A DNA stretch of 64,000 nt. It comes from an uncultured Gammaproteobacteria bacterium (GTDB lineage Bacteria; Patescibacteriota; Microgenomatia; Levybacterales; GWA1-39-11). Made by a program: the position numbers and the translations under genes. Under the pieces are notes generated by a model. It was given only the letters and a program-made list of their open reading frames with translations, was not told the origin of the DNA and ran no database searches. Position 1 is the first letter of the stretch; each line of letters opens with the position of its first letter. Shown here piece by piece: positions 29,252 through 39,078 of the stretch. The DNA lies in contig CAZEEU010000001.1 in NCBI GenBank assembly GCA_964511305.1, forward strand, positions 53,957-117,956. Reading direction: 5' to 3'.

Positions 29252-29944
29252 ATGATTACTGTCAAAAATCTTTCCAAAGTCTACACAACAGGAGACATCC
29301 TCACAACGGCTCTTGATAACATTTCTTTTGAAATTAAGAAGGGAGAATTTGTTGCAATAATGGGACCCTCCGGTTCTGGAAAATCCACCCTAATGCACAT
29401 TCTTGGCGCTTTAGATAAACCAACAAGTGGAACTTATATTTTAGATGGAGAAAATGTAGGGCATCTTTCCGACGACGAACTTTCAGATATTAGGAATAGA
29501 AAAATTGGTTTTATTTTCCAATCATTCAATCTCCTCCCAAGAACAACTGCTTTAAAAAACGTAATGCTTCCCATGCGCTATGCAGGTATTCCGAAAAAGG
29601 AGCAACTAGAAAAAGCAGAAAAATTTCTAAAAATGGTTGGGCTTGCAGATCGAATGCATCACACTTCAAATCAACTATCCGGTGGGCAACAACAGAGAGT
29701 TGCAATCGCCCGAGGTCTCGCCATGAATCCCGCCATACTCCTTGCTGATGAACCGACAGGAAATATTGCGTCCGGCCAAGCAAGCGAAATTATGAAAATT
29801 TTCCAGGATCTGAGCAATGAAGGGCATACCATTGTCATGATTACTCACGAACCTGATATCGCGCATCACGCGAAACGTATAATTCATATAAAAGATGGAG
29901 CTATTTCAAAAGATGAAAAGATAAAACAAATGCATTTAACATAA
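29252..29944 (+). CDS. ABC transporter ATP-binding protein (MacB/LolD-type)
   Basis: Walker A GPSGSGKST, signature LSGGQQQRVAIARGL, Walker B LLADEPTG. Confidence 0.85.
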   Translation: MITVKNLSKVYTTGDILTTALDNISFEIKKGEFVAIMGPSGSGKSTLMHILGALDKPTSGTYILDGENVGHLSDDELSDIRNRKIGFIFQSFNLLPRTTALKNVMLPMRYAGIPKKEQLEKAEKFLKMVGLADRMHHTSNQLSGGQQQRVAIARGLAMNPAILLADEPTGNIASGQASEIMKIFQDLSNEGHTIVMITHEPDIAHHAKRIIHIKDGAISKDEKIKQMHLT

Positions 29945-31167
29945 TGGATTACACAGAACTTATCATAGAAAGCTTTGGTACACTAACTCTTAATAAACTA
30001 CGCACAGGCCTTGCAATACTGGGTATTATTATCGGAATTGGAAGCGTCATTACACTACTTTCTCTAGGACAAGCAAGCCAGTTGGCGGTTCAGCAACAAA
30101 TTCAATCCCTTGGAGCGAATCTACTAACAATAAGTCCCACCGGACAATCTTCAGGAGCGGTAAGAGGGGCATCTAGCACTGGAACGACATTAACCTACGC
30201 AGATGCAAAAGCTATACTTGCTTCTCCTGAAATTACTACGATCAAAAATGTGTCCGCAGAATATTCGGGGAGATCTCAGGTTGTTGCAGGACGCAATAAT
30301 ACAAATACCCAAATAATGGGAGCTACTCCTGCATATCTTGAAGTTAGAAGTGTGAAAATCGCAGAAGGAGCATTTATATCTGATAGGGACTTAGCTGCTC
30401 TTGCAAAAGTTGCAGTTATTGGACCCACTACCGCTACCGATCTTTTTGGCGAAGGAGTCAGCCCCATAGGACAGAAAATAAGAATTGAAGGTCAGACTTT
30501 TACAATTATTGGTATTACTACTTCAAAAGGTGGAAGCGGATTTCAAAACCAAGATGACATGATATTTGTACCCTTAACCACAGCCCAAAAACAATTGTAT
30601 GGAGTAAATAACGTGACTTCGATTGCAGCTACAGCAAAAAGTGAAGATGTCATGTTGGAAGCTCAAAACCAGTTAGGATATTTCCTACTTTCCCGACATA
30701 AATTAGCAAATCCAGAAGACGCTGATTTTACAATCTTTTCCCAAGCGGATATTTTAAGCACTGCTTCCCAAGTGACGGGAACTTTTACTACTCTACTTTC
30801 GGGCATTGCTGGTATTTCTCTGCTTGTGGGAGGTATAGGTATTATGAACATAATGTTTGTTACGGTCACCGAGCGCACTCGTGAGATTGGACTAAGAAAA
30901 GCATTGGGAGCAAAAAAGAAAATTATTGTGATGCAATTTTTAATTGAGTCTGTAATTCTAACTTTTACTGGGGGCGTTATAGGAATCGGATTGGGCGTAC
31001 TTGCGTCCTTTATCTATTCACAGGTGACTGCTTCACCTTTTGCCGTATCAATTAATTCAGTTCTTCTTGCGTTCGTTGTGTCTGCTGGGATAGGAATACT
31101 TTTTGGATGGTATCCTGCCAGAAAAGCATCGAATTTACAACCAATAGAAGCTTTACGGTATGAATAA
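29944..31167 (+). CDS. ABC transporter permease, FtsX-like/MacB type
   Basis: An N-terminal TM helix, a large extracytoplasmic MacB_PCD-like domain, then three C-terminal TM helices (FtsX fold). Confidence 0.8.
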   Translation: MDYTELIIESFGTLTLNKLRTGLAILGIIIGIGSVITLLSLGQASQLAVQQQIQSLGANLLTISPTGQSSGAVRGASSTGTTLTYADAKAILASPEITTIKNVSAEYSGRSQVVAGRNNTNTQIMGATPAYLEVRSVKIAEGAFISDRDLAALAKVAVIGPTTATDLFGEGVSPIGQKIRIEGQTFTIIGITTSKGGSGFQNQDDMIFVPLTTAQKQLYGVNNVTSIAATAKSEDVMLEAQNQLGYFLLSRHKLANPEDADFTIFSQADILSTASQVTGTFTTLLSGIAGISLLVGGIGIMNIMFVTVTERTREIGLRKALGAKKKIIVMQFLIESVILTFTGGVIGIGLGVLASFIYSQVTASPFAVSINSVLLAFVVSAGIGILFGWYPARKASNLQPIEALRYE

Positions 31168-31187
31168 TTGAAGGGAGGTGAATATTT

Positions 31188-31670
31188 ATGAAAGACAAAA
31201 AGAACATATTAATAACAGTAGGCGTTGCCCTAGTCGTAGGAGTAGCATCATTTTTTGCCGGTACTAAATTTGCACCAAAGCAAGAGGGAATGTTCACGAT
31301 GAGCCAAGATAGTAACGGCCGACTTACAACTCGTGCGGGACAAATGCGAGGGGAAGGTGGAACAGTGAACTTCCAAGGCGGCAATACGAGAAACATGATG
31401 CGACCAGTGTCTGGTGAGGTACTGAGTCAAGACGAAAATAGCGTCACTGTAAAAGAGGCAGATGGAAGCAGTAAGATAGTTATCCTTTCTGATAAGACCT
31501 CCATTAACAAAACGACTTCTGGATCAAAAACAGATCTAAAGACTGGTGAAAAAATTACAGCCTTTGGAACTTCAAATTCCGATGGAAGTATCACGGCAGA
31601 AAATATTTCAATTGGAGGAATTGGCGGAGGAATGATGATGAGAGCAGTTCCTGCCGAGATAAAAAAATGA
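31188..31670 (+). CDS. small Gly-rich secreted/membrane-anchored protein, unknown function
   Basis: Strong SD (agggaggtga) 7 nt upstream. N-terminal signal anchor. Gly/Thr/Ser-rich with GGIGGGMMM near the C-terminus. Confidence 0.5.
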   Translation: MKDKKNILITVGVALVVGVASFFAGTKFAPKQEGMFTMSQDSNGRLTTRAGQMRGEGGTVNFQGGNTRNMMRPVSGEVLSQDENSVTVKEADGSSKIVILSDKTSINKTTSGSKTDLKTGEKITAFGTSNSDGSITAENISIGGIGGGMMMRAVPAEIKK

Positions 31671-32843
31671 TTAGTCTAACGGCAACATTCCACGGAATCG
31701 CTCTTCTCGTGGACCATAAGATACCGAGTCAGGATCAACAGCAAGAGCTTCGACGATAGGTCTGTAGTGGCAAATTATCACTTTTGCTGCCAGTGCAGGA
31801 CTTTCATTCGCAAGCTCTTGTATGAAATCTAGTGACATATGCTTAAAATCATAGTCTTCTGGAAGGCCAAGATCTTCTTGCATTTCGTCTATAATTGCAG
31901 AGGCGCTATCAATGTTGCGACATAAAATATCTGCTCCTTCTTCTAACATTTGTTTGGTTTGATACAGTGCATACTTTTCCGGATGTTTTGCACGTAAAGC
32001 CTCAAGCCTTATATTGGTTTCTTCATCGCTTAGCTTTACTTTTTCAAGTCCTACTAGGTCAGGGTGATTTTGTTCTAGTTTTTGAAGATTGGGGGTGGTT
32101 CTTTTAAATCTCACTGCAAAAAAGTCTGCAAAACTTTGTCTTGGAATTACATACCCAACAGCATTTTCAGTAAGCTGCACCGCGTCTTCCCCATAATCTT
32201 TTCTGGCTCTACGAGAAATCGTAAAATCATCTGATACATCTGTGGGCAATTCAGTCCACGCTCCGGTTATATAAAGTCCTCCTCTTAAATGCGTCTTTGG
32301 AAATACACTTCTTACGTCGGGATCCTTATCAATTTCAAGAAGCGTATAAAATAGTCTCTGCTCCGGTGAAAGAGTAAAGAATTTTTTATACTCATCGATT
32401 GGATAGGGAAGTATAGTTCCTCCTAAATAACGAGGGTTGCGACCATCTCTAAAGGCCGGAGAAAATTCATCTATCAGGGCAGCAAGACTGCCTGGTTTTC
32501 TATAGACTTTGAGATCTGTTGCTATATGCATTTGTCCCTCTACGCCTCTTCTCTCGGCAACGTCTTGCGCCAAGGCGTTCATGATAAGTTCTTTTCCTTT
32601 TTCCATTGGTCTTAGAACGCTTACTTGTACATTGTCAAAAAGGGAGTCATGAGACGCAAGAATAGCATTTACTTTTGCTATTTCTTCACCAGCATTAGAC
32701 CCATTTACTCCAATATGTAGTGACCAATTAACATCAGGTCTTTCTGCCATTCTAAGACCTAGATTATTGATACTTCTGTCAATTGTTACCCCTAATTCAT
32801 CAGAGGTAGGCATGAGAACTGCAACTTCGGGATTATTCGCCAT
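31671..32843 (-). CDS. hypothetical soluble protein (390 aa), no recognised family
   Basis: Long ORF with composition typical of a real protein. Acidic and Arg-rich. Last gene of the seven-gene minus-strand block. Confidence 0.5.
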   Translation of the reverse strand: MANNPEVAVLMPTSDELGVTIDRSINNLGLRMAERPDVNWSLHIGVNGSNAGEEIAKVNAILASHDSLFDNVQVSVLRPMEKGKELIMNALAQDVAERRGVEGQMHIATDLKVYRKPGSLAALIDEFSPAFRDGRNPRYLGGTILPYPIDEYKKFFTLSPEQRLFYTLLEIDKDPDVRSVFPKTHLRGGLYITGAWTELPTDVSDDFTISRRARKDYGEDAVQLTENAVGYVIPRQSFADFFAVRFKRTTPNLQKLEQNHPDLVGLEKVKLSDEETNIRLEALRAKHPEKYALYQTKQMLEEGADILCRNIDSASAIIDEMQEDLGLPEDYDFKHMSLDFIQELANESPALAAKVIICHYRPIVEALAVDPDSVSYGPREERFRGMLPLD

Positions 32844-32896
32844 AGGACGGATTATATCACAGAATTTTATTATAGGCTAAAAAAATGGAAATAAAA

Positions 32897-33274
32897 TTAT
32901 TTTGCTGAAGCATTTGAAATAGGGGCGCAATGGGTTTGGCTTGAGTTGGAAAATTCTTGGGCTTTTCGAGTCATGTCCATTGCTGCACCTTCTGATGGAA
33001 AATAATCATGCTCCATCATAAGAGTATCTTTTCTTAATATTCTATCTGCTTCTGAAATAATAAGATAATTAACATCTCTTTGCAGACTAAGATCGAGCTG
33101 TCTTTGTTGTTCCAGCAAATTAGGATTTTCTACACCTTCTGCGATTTTTTCAGTTACTCTCTCAAGCTGATCAGCTTTTACAGCTGCTTTTTGTCTAAGA
33201 TCACTTACTATGGCGTGGGCACGAAATTCTATTGATAAAGGAAGCATATATTCTCCTTCTTCGTTTTTTAACAT
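32897..33274 (-). CDS. hypothetical small helical protein (125 aa)
   Basis: ORF inside a co-directional block. Predicted all-helical, possibly coiled-coil. Confidence 0.4.
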   Translation of the reverse strand: MLKNEEGEYMLPLSIEFRAHAIVSDLRQKAAVKADQLERVTEKIAEGVENPNLLEQQRQLDLSLQRDVNYLIISEADRILRKDTLMMEHDYFPSEGAAMDMTRKAQEFSNSSQTHCAPISNASAK

Positions 33275-33294
33275 GTGGAGATTATATTTAGAAT

Positions 33295-33960
33295 CTAGAA
33301 CTTAAGCAAGTTCCCATTCTCCTTGAGCCATTTTACCTGCGCTTTATATGAGGGGTTATACTTTCTTACTGTATTCCAAAAAATCACTTTGTGATTTTTT
33401 TGCGTTGTGTGAGCAAGCTCATGGATTACAACGTAACGAATAACAAGTAATGGTGCCATCACAAGTCTCCAATTGAATTGCAACTTATTGTCATGTGTGC
33501 ATGATCCCCATTTAGAACTCGTGTCTGAAAAGGAAAGTCCGTTGTATGAAGTGTTCATAGAGACTGAATATTCATCAACTAACTTTTTAACAAAAGATTT
33601 TGCTTGCCGGATATACCACTTCTCAAGATATACACTACCTTTTGACACCATTCCCAAAGGAAATAGTAGTTTACCGTCTTTAATTTCAATTTGTAAATAA
33701 TTCCCAATCTGTAAGACATATTCATTTCCCATGAATAGAAACTTTTCTCCATTAATAAATTTCTTTTCCTTAGATTTTTTTCGTGCAACGAAAGCAAGAC
33801 GCTCCTCAATCCAAGCGCTTTTACTTTTTACAAAAGCTCTTACTGTAAAATCAGGGAGATATTTAGGTGCTCTTACTTCAACTATTCCATTGGGATGAAT
33901 AACTAATGCAATAGAATTTCTTTTTGACTTGGTGATTTTGATATCAGAAATCTGGAACAT
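33295..33960 (-). CDS. DUF45/YgjP-family (M48/SprT-like) zinc metallohydrolase
   Basis: WGSCTHDNKLQFNWRL and YVVIHELAHTTQKNH (HExxH) match the YgjP/DUF45 pattern. Confidence 0.7.
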   Translation of the reverse strand: MFQISDIKITKSKRNSIALVIHPNGIVEVRAPKYLPDFTVRAFVKSKSAWIEERLAFVARKKSKEKKFINGEKFLFMGNEYVLQIGNYLQIEIKDGKLLFPLGMVSKGSVYLEKWYIRQAKSFVKKLVDEYSVSMNTSYNGLSFSDTSSKWGSCTHDNKLQFNWRLVMAPLLVIRYVVIHELAHTTQKNHKVIFWNTVRKYNPSYKAQVKWLKENGNLLKF

Positions 33961-33984
33961 GCCGTGGGCATTATGATATCATTT

Positions 33985-34674
33985 TTAGGATTTCTTCGCC
34001 TTGCTCTTTTCTTGTGATAGATATATCTTTCTCCATCCGAATCCCACAGAAGCGATCCCTGCGGCAAATGCTCCAAGAATAGACACACTATACTTTACCG
34101 AAGGTTCAAAATTTGAATCTAGGCGTGCCTGTGATTCCTTTAGGGCTGTTGCGTTGGAAATCGCATCAAGCTCTTCCTCTAAATCGTGAAGAGCAAGACG
34201 TTCTGCGCTATATGTCTCATGTCCTATTGGTACAGTAAAATCTGACTCATCAATTTTCTGCTTTTTTGTCTTAACTGATTCTTCGACTGCTTCTACTATC
34301 TCAATAGCTTCGCTATTGTTTGCTGTTTGAAGATTTACTTCAACTCTATCCATCAACTCGATTGCCTTGCCTGCCTCTGGAAGAAGTTCGGGAGCGCACC
34401 CACCAAGAGAAACATCAAATACCTTTACATTACAGTCTGAATATGGAGGTCTGTACTCAAGCATACCTCGTACATCACTAACATCCCCAACAACTCCATG
34501 AATTGCACTAACCTGAGGCTTAGTAAGACCTTGCGACATCAAAGCCTCATCGAATGTTGTTGGGTTTTGATTTTCACCACATGATCCAAACGCCACAGCA
34601 CCAAGACCTACTGTCATTCCGGCAGAAACTATAAGTCCGGCAGTTGCGTTAAAGATTCTTCCTACTTCTGGCAT
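33985..34674 (-). CDS. hypothetical membrane-anchored acidic protein (229 aa)
   Basis: N-terminal hydrophobic segment with AFGSC, a possible lipobox-like site. An acidic central region and a C-terminal TM helix. Confidence 0.4.
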   Translation of the reverse strand: MPEVGRIFNATAGLIVSAGMTVGLGAVAFGSCGENQNPTTFDEALMSQGLTKPQVSAIHGVVGDVSDVRGMLEYRPPYSDCNVKVFDVSLGGCAPELLPEAGKAIELMDRVEVNLQTANNSEAIEIVEAVEESVKTKKQKIDESDFTVPIGHETYSAERLALHDLEEELDAISNATALKESQARLDSNFEPSVKYSVSILGAFAAGIASVGFGWRKIYLSQEKSKAKKS

Positions 34675-34726
34675 AATTTATGGATAATACTGTATTATAG
34701 GATTAAAGTCAAGATTAATGAATCCT

Positions 34727-35083
34727 CTAAAGGCCTGCGGTTACTTCTAAATACTTATCTAAAATAGCCAGTTGTTCTTTGGTTAAATTAGGATATGCGG
34801 CAGTTAATGCTTCTCTTAAGTTTTGAGAAAATTTAACCTGAAATACTTCGTTGTACTCTAATGGTGTTACATTTTCCTTAAGCACCCTTGATAACTCTTC
34901 AGACTGATCCTCTGGTGCTGAATTTTTTACTTTACCTAATGCTTCCTGCGGTACTTTTGCAACTAGCGCCAATACAACTTCACTATTTACTATTAGCAAG
35001 AATTTATCTATAAATTCATCTTTGTCCTCTCCAAAATTTAGGGTATCGAGCAATGCTTTTAACTGTTCTTTAATGTGATCCAT
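34727..35083 (-). CDS. hypothetical small helical protein (118 aa)
   Basis: ORF 4 nt downstream of the HAD gene stop. No recognisable motif. Confidence 0.4.
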   Translation of the reverse strand: MDHIKEQLKALLDTLNFGEDKDEFIDKFLLIVNSEVVLALVAKVPQEALGKVKNSAPEDQSEELSRVLKENVTPLEYNEVFQVKFSQNLREALTAAYPNLTKEQLAILDKYLEVTAGL

Positions 35084-35087
35084 TTTA

Positions 35088-35960
35088 TTAGTGCCCAGGT
35101 GCTGTGATTACACTCTTTTTGTGATCAATATCAATTGAAAGACTAATCCGAAGGATTGTCTCCTCCAAAACTTTTCGCATATCAGAACCGGCTTTATAAT
35201 TTGCGCTGTAAGGACCAACTGTTATTCTTTTCCCACGAGCAAGCTCGTATCCTTTTTTAAAACTTCCCAGTGGGTCACTAACTCCAATTCCAGCACCACC
35301 ATTGCCTGTCACTGCTGAAAGACATGGGATATCACTAGGTCCGTCGCCAATATAGATCATGTGAGAAAAAGGAATACGTTGTGACTCGGTATCAATTGCG
35401 TCATTTATGCGATACGGGTCGGATCTCAGGGTCGCGACATCAATTCCCTTTCGGAGGCCATGAATAAATCGTGTCTTTTCAGTAAATGAAATAGCAGACT
35501 TAATACCAACTGGTTGTTGTCCGCTCTTTATGTCATATGCAAAATTACAACCAAATATTCCGTCCACCTGAGGACCTATCTTGGTTGCTTTAAGTAATTC
35601 CTCAAGTCCTCCACTGATGATATAGAATTCTAGTCCAACGCGAGAATTTTTAAGTAATGGATTATTTTTTACAAATTCTTTTAATTCCTGAAATGCATTT
35701 GGAAGTCCAGGGAAAAGTTTTAACTTTTTTCCAAGCGAGGAAAGTTTTTTGACGGATAAATCTAGTTCTCCTCTATCGGCCATAAGTTTCATGATATGCA
35801 TATAAGCCAGCGGTGGATCCCACCCTTTATCAACCATTCCATTTATTTCTTTCCAAAAAGTCACTGGCTCTATCCCTTGCTCAGAAAGTACATAGGAAAT
35901 GGTATCGGGACCCAATGTCTCATCAAAATCAAAAATTATACCAATCACGGCCTCTGTCAT
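35088..35960 (-). CDS. HAD superfamily hydrolase
   Basis: Motif I DFDET(L) and motif IV YIGDGPSD, with a cap domain between them. Confidence 0.7.
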   Translation of the reverse strand: MTEAVIGIIFDFDETLGPDTISYVLSEQGIEPVTFWKEINGMVDKGWDPPLAYMHIMKLMADRGELDLSVKKLSSLGKKLKLFPGLPNAFQELKEFVKNNPLLKNSRVGLEFYIISGGLEELLKATKIGPQVDGIFGCNFAYDIKSGQQPVGIKSAISFTEKTRFIHGLRKGIDVATLRSDPYRINDAIDTESQRIPFSHMIYIGDGPSDIPCLSAVTGNGGAGIGVSDPLGSFKKGYELARGKRITVGPYSANYKAGSDMRKVLEETILRISLSIDIDHKKSVITAPGH

Positions 35961-36027
35961 AGTAAGGGAATTGTAGTGCGAATAGATGAAGTTGTCAAAA
36001 ATTTGTTCTTAGAATTTATAATTCTTA

Positions 36028-36393
36028 CTAGCTCTTTAGATCACCTAGATAGTAGGAGGAAAGTACATCTGCGGGTTCACCTTGTCCAGAGTGTTGGGAA
36101 TTAAAGGCAGATGAACCATCAGAACCACAAATTCCCAATATCTTATCTGCTCCTCCGGGGTGCTCATTTATCCAAGATGTTAGATCATAAACTTTTCCAT
36201 TTATAGCACTCCAGCAAGAAGAAGAGTCTTTATGAGTATTCACCTCACTCATTGTGTATCTACCCTTCTGAGAAGATACTGATGGTGAGATATTGGGAGT
36301 TGAAATTAGATTCTTCTTTAGAACAACTCTCCAACCAACAAAACCTACCACGATTACTGCTATTAACAAACTTAAGATAAGTATTTTCTTCAT
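36028..36393 (-). CDS. membrane-anchored cytochrome b5-like heme-binding domain protein
   Basis: MKKILILSLLIAVIVV TM anchor, then CWSAINGKVYDLTSWINEHPGGADKI...FNSQHSG with both candidate axial His residues. The start at 36393 is chosen because the ORF-track start at 36579 would overlap ftsZ. Confidence 0.5.
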   Translation of the reverse strand: MKKILILSLLIAVIVVGFVGWRVVLKKNLISTPNISPSVSSQKGRYTMSEVNTHKDSSSCWSAINGKVYDLTSWINEHPGGADKILGICGSDGSSAFNSQHSGQGEPADVLSSYYLGDLKS

Positions 36394-36472
36394 GCTTGAA
36401 TTATATATACAAATACTTAAGCTTTGCTTAAGGACACTTTTTCTTGGAGATGAGACTAAATTTTTTGTACAC

Positions 36473-37630
36473 CTAATTCTTTTGCCGGAGAAATGCGGGG
36501 ATATCAAAGACTGATTCTTCGTCGTCGTCACGTCGGGATGGTTCTTCTTGATACGTTGGGTTGGTGATATTTCCTCCACCGTATTGATCTTGGTTATTAT
36601 TCATTTGATTTGCATTTCCATAATCTTGGCCCTGATCTTCAATGGTACTTTGGACCATTTGCTGCAATCTCTTTCTTGACTCGTCAAATCCTGTAGCAAT
36701 AAGGGTGATTCTTATAGAATCAAATGCACCTTTATCAATAGTTGCTCCGAAGATGATATTTGCGTCTGGATCTGCTGCTTGAGTGATGATTCTGGATGCT
36801 TCCTCAACCTCTTGAAGAGAAAGATCTTCTCCTCCTGCGATATTGAATAGAACTCCTCGTGCTCCGTCCATACTTACCTCAAGAAGCGGAGATGAAATAG
36901 CTTGTCGTGCTGCAATTTGTGCTCTATTCTCTCCAACACCTACTCCAAGACCCATAAGTGCAGTTCCTGCGTCATTCATAATAGCCTTAACATCAGCAAA
37001 ATCGACGTTAACGTATCCGGATTGCGTAATAAGATCTGAAATACCTTTAACTCCGTGTCCAAGCACTGAGTCAGCTACGCGGAATGCTTCAAGAAGTGAT
37101 AACTTTTTGTCTACACTATCTAGTATTCTTTGATTTGGCACAACAATTAATGTATCTACATATTCCTTAAGCTCTTCTATTCCATCCTCTGCAGAAACCA
37201 TTCTTCGTGTACCTTCAAAGTTGAACGGTTTGGTCACAACAGCCACTGTTAGGGCGCCAACTTCCTTTGCAACTCTTGCAATAACAGATGAAGCACCTGT
37301 TCCAGTTCCGCCTCCCATACCTGCTGTTAGAAATACCATGTCAGATCCTTCAAGATATTGCTTGATACGCTCAACGCTTTCCTCAGCAGCAGCTCGTCCA
37401 ACATCAGGATTTCCACCAGATCCAAGTCCACGAGTTATATTTTCTCCGATTTGAAGTTTTGATTGTGCTTGAGAATTAAGAAGAGCCTGGGCGTCTGTAT
37501 TTACCGCTATGAAGTCTACTCCCTCTATCTGTCCGTCTAGGATCATGGAGTTAGTTGCATTTCCACCGCCTCCACCGATTCCCATGACTCTTATCTTTGC
37601 GAAGCTTGCTGTTTGAGGCTTAATTAACAT
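36473..37630 (-). CDS. ftsZ: cell division GTPase FtsZ
   Basis: Tubulin signature GGGTGTG, N-terminal IGGGGGNA, T7 loop, and an acidic/Pro-rich C-terminal tail. Confidence 0.95.
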   Translation of the reverse strand: MLIKPQTASFAKIRVMGIGGGGGNATNSMILDGQIEGVDFIAVNTDAQALLNSQAQSKLQIGENITRGLGSGGNPDVGRAAAEESVERIKQYLEGSDMVFLTAGMGGGTGTGASSVIARVAKEVGALTVAVVTKPFNFEGTRRMVSAEDGIEELKEYVDTLIVVPNQRILDSVDKKLSLLEAFRVADSVLGHGVKGISDLITQSGYVNVDFADVKAIMNDAGTALMGLGVGVGENRAQIAARQAISSPLLEVSMDGARGVLFNIAGGEDLSLQEVEEASRIITQAADPDANIIFGATIDKGAFDSIRITLIATGFDESRKRLQQMVQSTIEDQGQDYGNANQMNNNQDQYGGGNITNPTYQEEPSRRDDDEESVFDIPAFLRQKN

Positions 37631-37695
37631 ATGAAGATATGACCAATACTAACACAGTAAAAATTAATTTTCAAACCGCTCTTTCGAACAGTTTT

Positions 37696-38997
37696 CTACT
37701 TTTTTGGCAGGAATTTCTTCAGAAGCTTAGTAAGAGATGAAACGCTTGAAATATCGAATTTAAATCCAGGGATCATATTTGAAAGACCTGGACCTGCTGC
37801 ACCCTCAGAACGGAAATTTCTTGAGTACTCCAAAAGTCCAACTGCAGTTGAAAAAGTTGGGGATTGAACGTCATCAATAAGACCTGCAATATTTTGAGGC
37901 ATACCAACGCGCACTGTCATTGACAACATTCTCTTAGCGCTATCCTCAGCCCCAACTGTTTTTGCACCTCCACCAGTAATAACAAGACCTGCTGGTGTTT
38001 GGGTTGCAAAACCACTCTTTTTAATTTCAAGAGCAATCATAGTAAATAATTCGTTAAGCCTTGGCTTTATAATACCCTCAACCAATGTCTTTGAACTAAC
38101 TTTTTTAACGTCTTCCGGAAGATGAAGCTCATCAAGATTTAATTCGTCCTCTTCCTGTCTACTCTTTCTATTCTCTTCTTGATTTGGAACTCGTACGCGT
38201 CTTGTGTAGTGTTTTGAAAGGTAAAGCTTTATCTTTTCAGCGCTTTCAAGTGAAATCTTAAGTCCAATTGCCAAGTCATTTGTTATGTGACGGGCCCCTA
38301 TAGGAATAACACTTGTATAGGAAAGTGATCCATCAACGTAGATTGCGATATTTGTAACACCTGCTCCAATGTCAGCAAGAACAACGCCAAGCTCTTTTTC
38401 TGTATCTGACAATACTGACAAAGATGAGGCAAGACCTGCAAATACAAGACTCTGAACATTTACGCCTGCTTCAGATGAAAGAATCTTTTCTACATTTTTG
38501 ACTCCTGCAGAATTTGCCGTAATAATATGGGTATCAACCTCAAGACGTACGCCTGACATGCCAACTGGATCCTTAATTCCACCCTCACCATCCACTGTAA
38601 AAGTCTTTGGAATTACGTGTATTATTTCTCTTGTTGATGGAAGACTTACGGCACCAGCAGCCTCAAGAACACGCTCAACGTCATATTCTGAGATCTCACC
38701 ATCAGGCTGACTTACTGCAACTACACCTTTGGAATTTTGAGATTCGATATTTACCCCTGAGACCGAGACGAACACGCGGTCGATAGAATGCCCAGCCATA
38801 CGCTCTGCGCTATCTAGAGAGGAGTTGATTGTGTCAGAGGCCTCTTCGATATTTACGATCTGTCCTTTTTTGACACCTTTTGAAGGTACCTCGCTCACAC
38901 CAAGGATATTTATGACGTCTTCATCAACTCGGGCAATTAAAGTGGAAACTTTTGAGGAACCAATATCGATCCCCACGACAACATCTACATTCTTCAT
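37696..38997 (-). CDS. ftsA: cell division protein FtsA
   Basis: Actin-like ATPase with VVGIDIGSSKV phosphate-1 and the SHS2 insert. Immediately upstream of ftsZ. Confidence 0.85.
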   Translation of the reverse strand: MKNVDVVVGIDIGSSKVSTLIARVDEDVINILGVSEVPSKGVKKGQIVNIEEASDTINSSLDSAERMAGHSIDRVFVSVSGVNIESQNSKGVVAVSQPDGEISEYDVERVLEAAGAVSLPSTREIIHVIPKTFTVDGEGGIKDPVGMSGVRLEVDTHIITANSAGVKNVEKILSSEAGVNVQSLVFAGLASSLSVLSDTEKELGVVLADIGAGVTNIAIYVDGSLSYTSVIPIGARHITNDLAIGLKISLESAEKIKLYLSKHYTRRVRVPNQEENRKSRQEEDELNLDELHLPEDVKKVSSKTLVEGIIKPRLNELFTMIALEIKKSGFATQTPAGLVITGGGAKTVGAEDSAKRMLSMTVRVGMPQNIAGLIDDVQSPTFSTAVGLLEYSRNFRSEGAAGPGLSNMIPGFKFDISSVSSLTKLLKKFLPKK

Positions 38998-39078
38998 ATT
39001 TTAACTAGTTTAGTAAAAGCACTAAAATAATACAAGAGGTTTGTGTTCAAATTGAACAAAACCTCCAAATCTCATAAT

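Noticed and set aside
31671-36393. Higher GC of the unknown-gene block as evidence of horizontal transfer
   Set aside because: Spot GC counts here (about 37-43%) are no higher than in ftsZ (about 48%) and other conserved genes. The lowest GC (about 25%) belongs to membrane and GT genes. I cannot support a compositional island.
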